DNA of 64,000 nucleotides, from contig OY762926.1 in the NCBI GenBank assembly GCA_963666735.1, positions 3,200,001-3,264,000 on the forward strand. The letters are read 5' to 3'. Both the position numbers and the translations under genes were made by a program. How positions within the stretch are numbered: the first letter of the stretch is position 1; every line of letters begins with the position of its first letter. Below, in pieces: positions 38,299 through 46,465 of this stretch. This stretch comes from Gemmatimonadota bacterium (GTDB taxonomy: Bacteria > Gemmatimonadota > Gemmatimonadetes > Palauibacterales > Palauibacteraceae). Below the pieces are notes generated by a model. It ran no database searches, was not told the DNA's origin, and saw only the letters and a program-made list of their open reading frames with translations.

Positions 38299-39237
38299 CT
38301 ACCACTTGTACGGTGTGACATCAAACGTGAACGATGTCCCATGAAGCTCTTGTTTCAAGGGTCGCATCATCGTTTCATGCCACTCCGCTCTCGCGACTTC
38401 CTCACCCGGCCTGAAGCGGTCGATAAGAACGCGCAACGCGTCCAGTAGAAACCACCGCGCATAGCTCGCCACGCTCTCCATATCTACAGGCGACCGTGCC
38501 GGCATAATGGAACCCTTCCCCGCATCATCCAGGCGAAAGGTCTTGAGAAAACCACCACTCGCATGTGCCTCACTCGACCATCGACGATACAGCGTCTCGT
38601 AGTCATCCAACCACCCAAGATGCTGAGCAAGCTCCCACAAATTGTTCGGACCATCCCACAACGAGTACCAACGCCTGTACTTCTCTTGTCTCTGAACCTC
38701 GTCCAGCACGCCTCGCATGTAAGGAGCATCAAGAACCCTCTGCAACCGCCCTAACTCCTGATCAACTCGCTCCAATATCTCATCAGGAATATCCCGCATG
38801 AAGTCGTCCGATAGTTCCCCATCGTGAATCCGCGTATACCAGCGTATCCGATCACGGACATTATTGTATATCCATGCCAACGCGCGACGATCGGTGTTCG
38901 CTTCACAAATGTACTTGATACCAAGCGCCGCTTCGAACGACCCGCGCAACATCATCTTTGCGGGATCGACACAGGAATTGGACAAAGATGCCTCAATGGC
39001 GTCCGTGGTCTCAATGATGTGTCGAAAAAGGATCACGGGTGCTGTGAACGCCTCTGGACGTATCCAATCCGGTCGCGTTTGAGCGATCCGCGCAAAAGCC
39101 TGTGTGGAGTAGTTGATAGCTTCGTGCAGCATAGGTCTGGCGACCTCGATCAGGCCGCTTGCACGCTCTACTGCGGCAGCTCGATCCAACATGGGTCTAA
39201 ACGCGTTGGTTGACGCGGCCTTCAGTCGCTCCACCAT
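38299..39237 (-). CDS. DUF5677-like (HEPN/Abi-like helical) protein, possibly 5'-truncated
   Basis: MLRGSFEA..YI and YETLYRRWSSEAH motifs; visibly lower GC than the flanks. Confidence 0.6.
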   Translation of the reverse strand: MVERLKAASTNAFRPMLDRAAAVERASGLIEVARPMLHEAINYSTQAFARIAQTRPDWIRPEAFTAPVILFRHIIETTDAIEASLSNSCVDPAKMMLRGSFEAALGIKYICEANTDRRALAWIYNNVRDRIRWYTRIHDGELSDDFMRDIPDEILERVDQELGRLQRVLDAPYMRGVLDEVQRQEKYRRWYSLWDGPNNLWELAQHLGWLDDYETLYRRWSSEAHASGGFLKTFRLDDAGKGSIMPARSPVDMESVASYARWFLLDALRVLIDRFRPGEEVARAEWHETMMRPLKQELHGTSFTFDVTPYKW

Positions 39238-39238
39238 C

Positions 39239-39442
39239 TCAGTCTTGGCTTCGGGTGTCAGCACGCCCAAGCAGTTCGACGGCCTGATACCGCGAGACCG
39301 TAGGGTAGTCGTGGAGGAAATCGTCAAGTCGGTCACCCGCTTCGAGATGCTCCATCAGTATCCGCACCGGAACCCTCGTGCCGGAGAACACCGGAATCCC
39401 GCCTAAGATGTCCGGGTCCCTGTCGATAAGCCTGTCCGTCAT
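39239..39442 (-). pseudogene. DUF433 (VapB45-like) antitoxin, 3'-truncated copy
   Basis: DPDILGGIPVFSGTRVPV ... DYPTV; homology to 43703-43927 stops at 39268. Confidence 0.85.
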
Positions 39443-39618
39443 GATTGCCTCCGTCGGCGATCTCTTGCTGGCTCCCGCAGAGCACGCAGTCTAACGATAG
39501 CCCCATCCGACACGCCTCTGCATCTCTCCTCGAAGCAGGTCCGAGGATCGAGCCACTCCAGACCGCTTCAGTTCGTCACGCAGGCCCGCCGGATCGGACC
39601 GTGCCGGTGCACTCACGT

Positions 39619-40428
39619 TCACGATCCGGTCGTTGAGTCCGAAGCGGCCCCGTCCCTCGGACACACGGATCTCATGTAGCACTCGTCGCATTCCGGTGCG
39701 CGCCTCGCGTGACACCACCTGTTCCCCAGATGCCATGCTGGCCAGTCGAGTTCCCCCGGCCACTCCGGGTTGAGTTCGCGAGCGCGCAGAGGAAGCCGGA
39801 GTCTCTGCTTGTCCTTCGTCGAGCGCAGCTGGCTGTGTTCGAGCCTGTCGAGAAGGCCCAGTCGCTCGAACACCCGCAGGACGTGAGTGTCGACCGCAAT
39901 GTCGGGCATGGGCGTCGTGAGGCGGATGCCGAAGTCACGAATCAGGATGTTCACGGCCATGTTGGCGATCTTCGGGCCCACTCCGTCGAAGGCCAGGAAC
40001 CGTCTGGCAACGGCAGCGCCGCTGCTCCCGTCGGCCCAGATACGCGAGGCGTCCCCGCCGTACCTGTCCCCGACGCGCCGGATGGCCGCCGGAAGCAATC
40101 GTGCCATCTCGGTGCCCAGCCGGTGGCCCGAGGACGCGAGCACGGAGGCCCACTCCTCCTTCGGAAGCCTCAGCAGCGTGTCCAGGTCAAAACCCGAGGC
40201 GGCCTCACGGATCGTGTGTGGAAGACCCCATGCGATGTCGGCTTTCGTTTGCCGGTCCGCGATGCAGGCCAGCACGAACGCGTGCGGGTAACCCTCGAGG
40301 TCGTTCACGAGGTCGCGCGCGTCGTCCTCGACATCGATGCCGCTGACGCCGCGCTTCCGCTCAAGCGACTCCGCCCCGAACCGCTTCAGGCGTGAGGTGA
40401 TATCGTCTACCGGCCGATCTGCCGTCAT
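39619..40428 (-). CDS. HhH-GPD superfamily DNA glycosylase/endonuclease III-like protein with Fe-S cluster loop
   Basis: HhH FDGVGPKIANM, VDTHVLRV, C-X7-C-X2-C-X5-C (WCHARRAPECDECYMRSVC). Confidence 0.85.
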   Translation of the reverse strand: MTADRPVDDITSRLKRFGAESLERKRGVSGIDVEDDARDLVNDLEGYPHAFVLACIADRQTKADIAWGLPHTIREAASGFDLDTLLRLPKEEWASVLASSGHRLGTEMARLLPAAIRRVGDRYGGDASRIWADGSSGAAVARRFLAFDGVGPKIANMAVNILIRDFGIRLTTPMPDIAVDTHVLRVFERLGLLDRLEHSQLRSTKDKQRLRLPLRARELNPEWPGELDWPAWHLGNRWCHARRAPECDECYMRSVCPRDGAASDSTTGS

Positions 40429-40764
40429 CGACACACCATTGACGCTACCGCAGCACCGGGTCGGGGCACTACGGTCCTCGCGCCATCCGCGTGCCCTTCG
40501 CGCCTGCGCAAGCTCATAGCTCGCCTGCATTCGCATCCAGTGATCGGCCGTGCCCCAGCCGAGAGCCTCCAACGCGAGCGCCATGTTCGCCGAGACTCCC
40601 GCCTTCCCGTGCAGTAGGCGCGACAGAGTCCCCCGCTCGCACCCCAGTCGCGAGGCCGTCTCGGTCACGTTCCAGCCGACCTCGTCCATGCTCTCGCGGA
40701 CCACCTCGCCCAGATGCGGAGGGTTGAGCATGGGATCCACGCGCCCGTCTCCTACGCTGTTCAT
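40429..40764 (-). CDS. higA: HigA-family antitoxin HTH, lacking a stop and in frame with the glycosylase
   Basis: MLNPPHLGEVVRE ... TLSRLLHGKAGVSANMALAL ... WMRMQASYEL; GAAGGAAGG RBS before ATG 40764. Confidence 0.85.
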
Positions 40765-41151
40765 GATCCTTCCTTCATCGCGTCGGCGGCAATCTACCCG
40801 TCGCTCGGATCGCCTCCGGCCTACGTTCGGCCTCCACTCCGTCGGCTGGCCGGCCTGAATCGCGTCAACGCGCCCCACCACACCAAGTACATCACGGAGG
40901 GTTTTCCGGAAACGCGAAAGCCCGTGCCGGAGCACGGGCCTCGGAAGGAGGGCAAGTCTACGCTTGCGTCTCGAAAGGGAGCCTGTGTCATGGGGCCGGG
41001 GGCGTCAAGGTTCCGGTGCGGGGCAGGACTGGCATCGACAGCTGGTCCAAGGACTACTTGCATGCCGGACCAGCCGTTAGGAGTTTCGTCCAAGACGATC
41101 CATCGGACCACCGCCCAGATAGGGAGACACGGAGTCCGATCATTTAGACCC

Positions 41152-41179
41152 CAGGGACGCCTCGTGCGTCCCTGTTTTT
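41152..41179 (+). terminator. Rho-independent terminator
   Basis: CAGGGACGC-CTCGT-GCGTCCCTG followed by TTTTT. Confidence 0.75.
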
Positions 41180-41212
41180 CTTGGATTGACCCGACCAAGT
41201 GGCAGGCGGCAC

Positions 41213-42772
41213 ATGTCGACGGAACAGGAATCGGCAAGGACCCAGCCAACGTCCACGGTGACGATTGATCCGGACGACCCGGGAAGCCTGCCCGAAGGGA
41301 GGGTCGACTACGCGGCCCTGGACCGCACGACCGAGGCGGACCTGATCGCGCAGCAACGCGAGGACGACGCCGAAGCGATGCGGGACATGGCGCGGTTCGC
41401 GCGCCGGGTTCGCAGGCGCATGGGCCTGACGCAGGTGGAGTTTGCGCGGCGCATCGACGTATCGCACGAGACGATCCGCAACTGGGAACAGGGCAAGCGA
41501 GGCCCCACAGGCGCCGCCAGAACGTTGCTCCGGATCCTGGACAAAGCCCCGGAGATCGCGCTTCGGGTGCTGAACCGGGATGCCGCCGCTTTGGTCATCG
41601 TCTTGCTGGGCATGAGCCTCGCAGCTTGTCAGCACGATACCCGCACGCACGCCGGCGTCTCGGTTCAAGTAGAGGACAGCGCGGGCGTGCGGATCGTCGA
41701 GTACGTGGGAACCCCAATTGTCAACGCGTCGTTCCAGTTTCCCGCGCAGCCACGTTACCGCCACGGCGCCAACCCGGGTGACTACACCTTCCAGGGGATC
41801 CACCCCGGCACCATCCTCCCGGACGGGAGCGCCGTAGTATCGGATGTGTTCAACGGCGAACTGGTCGTGCTGAGCCCGGACGGCGCCACGCATGAAGTGC
41901 TTGCCGGGCCGGGAGAGGGACCGGGCGAAGTCGGCTACGTCGGGGCTGTGTATGCGCTGGGGCAGGACAGGGTTCTCGCGGCCGATCGCGACCTGGGCCG
42001 CGTGACGGTCTTCGCCGGCGGGTCGGTCGAGCGCACGGTGGATATCCGGAGCGCCTACGGCCTCGGTGTCCTCGGAATCAGTTCATCCGGACAGCTGCTG
42101 CTGGCCACGAGCAGCTTCCGCTCCGGTTTTGAAGAGCCGTGGCTTCCGGGACACATGGCCCGGTTCGACATGGAAACCAGCGCCCTCGACACGGTGGCAT
42201 CCTATGACTTCGCGTCGCGACCTCCTCCGGGGCTGCGGTGGGACCCCATCGGTGCATTCGGCCGGGTTGCGGGCGTCGCCGGTCAATTCGTCTACACGCG
42301 TTCCGACAAGCCCGAGGTCACTTGGCGTAGTCCTGGCGGGACCGTTACGCAGATCGTTCGCTGGCAGGCCAAGGCGGCTCCCCTGACCGAGGAGTTGCTC
42401 GCGGGCATCGAGGCCGGACTCCGCGCGGGCAACCGGATGGCCAATCCCGTCGCTGCGGATGCCGCTATCGATCGCATGACCGATGAGCACATGGCCGTGT
42501 ACCGGGCGAGGATCGGCGGGCCGATGCCGCTGTTTGCTATTCCCTTCGGAGACCTCGAGGGTCGGGTGTGGTTGCCTTCCTGGCGCGCGGGCGCTGCGCG
42601 CGAAGGCGCGTCGCACTACACCGTCATTTCCGCCGACGGAGAGTGGCTGGGGACCGTGGAGGGCCCGCCGGGACTTCGGATCCTGGACGTGGCCCACGGG
42701 CTCGTGCTCGGCGTCCAGCGGGACGAAATGGATGTGGAGAGCGTCGTGGTGTACGAGATGGTGAGGGAATAG
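41213..42772 (+). CDS. XRE-HTH antitoxin domain fused to a 6-bladed beta-propeller lipoprotein
   Basis: GLTQVEFARRIDVSHETIRNWEQGKRGPTGAARTLL, then hydrophobic stretch + LAAC, DSAGVRIVE, GPGEGPGE, VQRDEMDVESV. Confidence 0.85.
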   Translation: MSTEQESARTQPTSTVTIDPDDPGSLPEGRVDYAALDRTTEADLIAQQREDDAEAMRDMARFARRVRRRMGLTQVEFARRIDVSHETIRNWEQGKRGPTGAARTLLRILDKAPEIALRVLNRDAAALVIVLLGMSLAACQHDTRTHAGVSVQVEDSAGVRIVEYVGTPIVNASFQFPAQPRYRHGANPGDYTFQGIHPGTILPDGSAVVSDVFNGELVVLSPDGATHEVLAGPGEGPGEVGYVGAVYALGQDRVLAADRDLGRVTVFAGGSVERTVDIRSAYGLGVLGISSSGQLLLATSSFRSGFEEPWLPGHMARFDMETSALDTVASYDFASRPPPGLRWDPIGAFGRVAGVAGQFVYTRSDKPEVTWRSPGGTVTQIVRWQAKAAPLTEELLAGIEAGLRAGNRMANPVAADAAIDRMTDEHMAVYRARIGGPMPLFAIPFGDLEGRVWLPSWRAGAAREGASHYTVISADGEWLGTVEGPPGLRILDVAHGLVLGVQRDEMDVESVVVYEMVRE

Positions 42773-42891
42773 CGTCCCCGCCGTACCTGCCCGCGATGTG
42801 CCGAATGGCCGCGGGAAGCAGTCGTGCCATCTTGGTCGCCGGGGATTGCGAGGCCCTCACCGGTCCACACCGGATCCGAGCACGGAGGCCC
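42772..42891 (-). repeat. Degenerate internal fragment of the HhH-GPD gene
   Basis: Matches about 40049-40152; encodes KMARLLPAAIRHIAGRYGGDA vs EMARLLPAAIRRVGDRYGGDA. Confidence 0.85.
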
Positions 42892-43357
42892 CGCAGGCCG
42901 GACACCGTCCCCGCAGCGCCCCGTCTCGGATGTGGCCGCACTCCCGGCACGTTCGCTTCTGCCGCGCGCGCCGCCCGATGACCGCGAGCGCGTCCGCCGT
43001 CTCGTCCCTCGCCTCTACCTCCGGCGCGGCGTGGGTCGGGGACGGAAGGCGTCGGCGCGTATCGCGGTCGATGCGCACCGGGACGGCCGGGAGGATTGCG
43101 TCCCGCCCCCCGCGCTGGAGTCCGGGGACGGGTCGCCGCCTGCGCTGCGTCCAGCGTCGGGCGCAGCGCGTTGCAGTCGCGCGTGTCCGATGACGCGTCC
43201 CGCATCCGTCCTTCACGGTCTCACCGGGGAGGCCCTCCGACGGCGTGCAGGTCCACGCCTCCACCGGCCGCCGCGTCCGCTGCGCCAGCCCCTCCGCAAT
43301 CCGCCGCAACCAACGAACCCGCGCCGTCAAGCCAACCTTCTCGTTTCTCTCCTGCAT
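42857..43357 (-). CDS. Hypothetical Arg-rich protein with C-terminal zinc ribbon
   Basis: MQERNEK...; CGTRHRT...C and CRECGH...CPACG motifs. Confidence 0.45.
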   Translation of the reverse strand: MQERNEKVGLTARVRWLRRIAEGLAQRTRRPVEAWTCTPSEGLPGETVKDGCGTRHRTRATATRCARRWTQRRRRPVPGLQRGGRDAILPAVPVRIDRDTRRRLPSPTHAAPEVEARDETADALAVIGRRARQKRTCRECGHIRDGALRGRCPACGASVLGSGVDR

Positions 43358-43702
43358 TCTGTCAGTACGGTGTGGACCGGCCGGACCCGAATGTAGCACG
43401 GGCAGCCAAGTCGGGGTTAACCCCTCCTCGGCGCTCCGCAACCCGATCGGGGGCGCCGTGTCGGAATCCCAAGAGGGTGGCCGTCGATTAAGCGCTGGCT
43501 GTGCCAAGAGAGATGCGGAGCCCCGGCGGATGGGGCTATCGTTAGACGGGATGGGCGGTCGGTGTGAGCGAAGACGCAGTCGCCGACTGTTGGCGCGCGC
43601 GCCGAACATCTCGAACGTGCGGGCCCGGGACCCTGGGGAAGGGCAGGAACGGTGACATCCAAGACTCCAGGCAGTGATCGGGAGGCGCGGGCGGAGGCAA
43701 TC

Positions 43703-43927
43703 ATGACGGACAAGCTTATCGACAGGAACCCCGACATCCTGGGCGGGACTCCCGTGTTCTCCGGCACGAGGGTCCCAGTGCGGATACTCATGGAGCATCT
43801 CGAAGCGGGGGACCGACTCGACGATTTCCTCGACGACTACCCTACGGTCTCGCGGGATCAGGCGGTCGAACTGCTTGAGCTTGCCGCGACGATGCTGGTG
43901 GGCGGTGGCAATGAGAGTCCTGTTTGA
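43703..43927 (+). CDS. DUF433 (VapB45-like) antitoxin
   Basis: GGAGG RBS; NPDILGGTPVFSGTRVPV; overlaps a truncated MRVLFD toxin start. Confidence 0.9.
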   Translation: MTDKLIDRNPDILGGTPVFSGTRVPVRILMEHLEAGDRLDDFLDDYPTVSRDQAVELLELAATMLVGGGNESPV

Positions 43928-43928
43928 C
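43911..43928 (+). pseudogene. First six codons (MRVLFD) of a DUF5615/VapC45-like PIN toxin; remainder deleted
   Basis: Typical N-terminus in the typical overlap position after DUF433, then immediately the convergent hicB end. Confidence 0.6.
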
Positions 43929-43947
43929 TTGCGCCCGGCCGACTCCG

Positions 43948-44376
43948 CTAAACGGTCGCGTCCTCCGCGACGAGCCGCCGCCCCACCTTCGCGAGCGCTC
44001 TCTCGATCTGTCCGATGTGTGAGCGGTGATTCGGGTTCAGAAGCTTCCGAACCGCTCCCTCGCTTAGGCCCAGGCGCCGCGCCAGACCGACCTTCGTAAG
44101 CCCCTGCTCCCGCATGGCGGTGTAGAGAGCGAGCTTCGCCGCAACGACCAGTGGGACCGCGATCATCTCCTGCTCGCCCACCGCGGTCTCCGGCACCGGA
44201 ATGTCCTCGCGACACTGCATGTACGAACCGAGCGCCACGGCTAGGGCGTCCTCGGCCATGGCCAAGGCTTCGTCCCGTTCGTCGCCGCATGTCAGCGCCT
44301 CCGGCACATTCGGGAACGACACCGAGTAGCCGCCGTTCTTCTCGGGCGTCAGCTCACAAGGATAAACGTACCGCAT
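43948..44376 (-). CDS. hicB: HicB-family antitoxin with C-terminal HTH
   Basis: YSVSFPNVPEALTCGDERDEALAMAEDAL, AKLALYTAM, KLLNPNHRS. Confidence 0.92.
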   Translation of the reverse strand: MRYVYPCELTPEKNGGYSVSFPNVPEALTCGDERDEALAMAEDALAVALGSYMQCREDIPVPETAVGEQEMIAVPLVVAAKLALYTAMREQGLTKVGLARRLGLSEGAVRKLLNPNHRSHIGQIERALAKVGRRLVAEDATV

Positions 44377-44436
44377 CAGAAGTCCTCCTCACGGATTTCC
44401 AGTTGCCGCTCGCCGCACGAACTCCGCACCGTTCAC
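44376..44436 (-). pseudogene. Collapsed hicA toxin (N- and C-termini only)
   Basis: GTG-NGAEFVRR joined directly (out of frame) to RQLEIREEDF*, whose TGA overlaps the hicB ATG. Confidence 0.65.
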
Positions 44437-44875
44437 TTCTTCAAGATCGTACGCAAAGGTACGAAAGTCGAGTTGCCTTCGATCAGCAGGTACATGCGCC
44501 AACTCCGTCGTTGAGGCTTGTGCCATCCAGCCGTACGTTGGCTGGGAATAGTCATGCGACCGGCGCGGTTGCCGTAGCGACCCGATTGAACGGTTGCCTC
44601 GGGGCGGCAGCTCTCTCATGCGGTGAGAGGCTGCCGCCCCGCTTACATCCCCGACGCGATGAGTCTGCGTGGGGAGGAGTGAGCAAACCGGCTTTCCTTG
44701 AGTATGCCAAGCAACGTCATCGCGCGTTCAACGCGGTGAGCTGCCGCGCCGCCGCGGGGTGCGAGCCGACCGGGACACAACCGGCCGGCAGGGTGTATCA
44801 CGATCCAGATGCGGGGGTGCGGATGAAGACACCAGACTCGATTGCCGTCGACCGGGCGCTCCCGCTCGAGCGGAA

Positions 44876-45137
44876 GTTCCCCAACGAGGAAACGCGACGC
44901 GCCATGGCTGAAATCGACGAGATGATAAGACGCGCGCAGAGCGTTTCGCGACCGCGGACGAGCCGCTTGAGGAACTCGAAGACAATCATCCTCAGCCGGA
45001 AGGCGACGCGAAGGTGCCGAACGCTGAAACCCGCCGGGCCATGGCCGAGTCGGAGGAAATGATGAGACGAGGGACGGCTCGATTCGCGAGCGCGGAAGAG
45101 ATGTTTGCCGAGCTTGAGAAAGCCGGCGACCATTAAG
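44876..45137 (+). pseudogene. Two tandem diverged RelB/DinJ-like antitoxin C-terminal fragments
   Basis: FPNEETRRAMAEIDEMIRR... and VPNAETRRAMAESEEMMRRGTARFASAEEMFAELEK*; similar to VPNAATIEAM...FASVEDLF of the DinJ at 48295. Confidence 0.65.
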
Positions 45138-45150
45138 ACCGGCCCGGGCG

Positions 45151-45630
45151 CTACCCGGCGAATTCGTACACGAGGTCGTCGCCGGACACACCCGTGATTC
45201 GAAGAACGACCGTGCCCGCGCCGGGTCCGTAGGACTGCTGGTAGCGCGTCCTGACCAGGGCGAGGTCGAAGTCGAGCGACTCGGTGACCCACGCCTCGCA
45301 GGCATCGCCGTTCGCCTCATGAGCGAGCACGGCCCGAAGTTGCACGGGATCCGACTCCAGGAACGTCTTGGAGATCACCAACGTGAAGTCGTGCCTCCGG
45401 CAGCCGCCGGCGTACGAGACTTCGATGGTCAGCCCGTGTCCGTCGACGGCGGCCGAGTTCACGACGTAGGGGTCGCCTCCGCGGTTGCGGCCGTCCTCGA
45501 CCACGACGTTGCGTTCGGGGGCACCTGGAGCGACCGGCGATTCACCGCATCCGAGCGCGGCGAACAGGCCGAGCAGAAGCCCGGTCGAGGCCGCAACCCT
45601 CGCCGCAGGACCCAGTCGGGCTAGCAGGGG
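45151..45630 (-). CDS. Putative lipoprotein with no ATG/GTG before its signal peptide (possibly 5'-truncated)
   Basis: The open frame upstream of the tracked ORF reads GLLLGLFAALGC (lipobox); mature part YAGGCRRHDF ... HEANGDACEA. Confidence 0.6.
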   Translation of the reverse strand, partial: PLLARLGPAARVAASTGLLLGLFAALGCGESPVAPGAPERNVVVEDGRNRGGDPYVVNSAAVDGHGLTIEVSYAGGCRRHDFTLVISKTFLESDPVQLRAVLAHEANGDACEAWVTESLDFDLALVRTRYQQSYGPGAGTVVLRITGVSGDDLVYEFAG

Positions 45631-45633
45631 CCG

Positions 45634-46464
45634 CTAAGGGCGCAGCAGCAAGCCTGCGGTCAGTCCCGCTTCGCTTGCCTTCATGTTTGAACGAACGGTG
45701 AAGACGACGTCTTCGAACTCCGTGATCCACGCTTCCCGGGCGTAGACCGAATAGCTCGCCTCGACCCGCAGCGCGACCCGCTCGCTCAACGTCTTCTCCA
45801 GTCCGATCCCGGACTTCCAGACCGGAAAGTTCATGTCGCGGTCCTCCCGGCCGGACTCGAACTGTGAGGGATCGCAGGGTTCGGTCGTGAAACAGCCGTC
45901 GAAGCGGTTGGTGAACTGCGCACCGGCAAAGCGGACTCCGGCGAGGACGTGCAGGCTGATGCCTCGCGACTGCAAGCCCCCCGGACTGCCGCCGAGCCTC
46001 AGCGTCATCCCGTAGCTGGTTTCCTTACCGAGGTTCCACCGGACCGGCCAACTTTCGCCGAGTTGCTTTCGTTCCGGCGAAATCCCCACGCCCGCGAACT
46101 GCGCCTCCGCGGCGCCGCCGTGCGTCTCCACGTCAACCGCCGCATCCAGAAAATAGGCCCCGCTGAAGAACGGCAGCCGGTACCCCGCGACCAAACCGGC
46201 CCCGTACGAGAGACCGTCCCCGGAGACCTCGTCTTCGAAGACCTGCCCGCGCCTGGGCTCCGGCACCAGCGTGTTGGGCGCCGTGTTGTCGACCGACCTC
46301 TGCATCGTCGCGCTCAGCTGCCCGAGCGGGAACGCCACGCCCACGTAGAAGCCGCCGTTTCCGGCCGAGCCATCGTCCGCTTGACCGGCAAGACCCGCTA
46401 TGGCTCCGAACGCCGCCAAAACGAGGCAGCCAAGCAAGCCTGTGGTCGACACTCGTGGGAACAT
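45634..46464 (-). CDS. Outer-membrane beta-barrel protein
   Basis: Signal peptide, GGFYVGV, GLVAGYR, GIGLEK..S.RVALRVEASY amphipathic strands. Confidence 0.75.
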   Translation of the reverse strand: MFPRVSTTGLLGCLVLAAFGAIAGLAGQADDGSAGNGGFYVGVAFPLGQLSATMQRSVDNTAPNTLVPEPRRGQVFEDEVSGDGLSYGAGLVAGYRLPFFSGAYFLDAAVDVETHGGAAEAQFAGVGISPERKQLGESWPVRWNLGKETSYGMTLRLGGSPGGLQSRGISLHVLAGVRFAGAQFTNRFDGCFTTEPCDPSQFESGREDRDMNFPVWKSGIGLEKTLSERVALRVEASYSVYAREAWITEFEDVVFTVRSNMKASEAGLTAGLLLRP

Positions 46465-46465
46465 C

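Noticed and set aside
40765..41020. higB toxin gene upstream of higA
   Set aside because: Only faint similarity (LDA..., VDLPSFR) and no coherent ORF; cannot be supported
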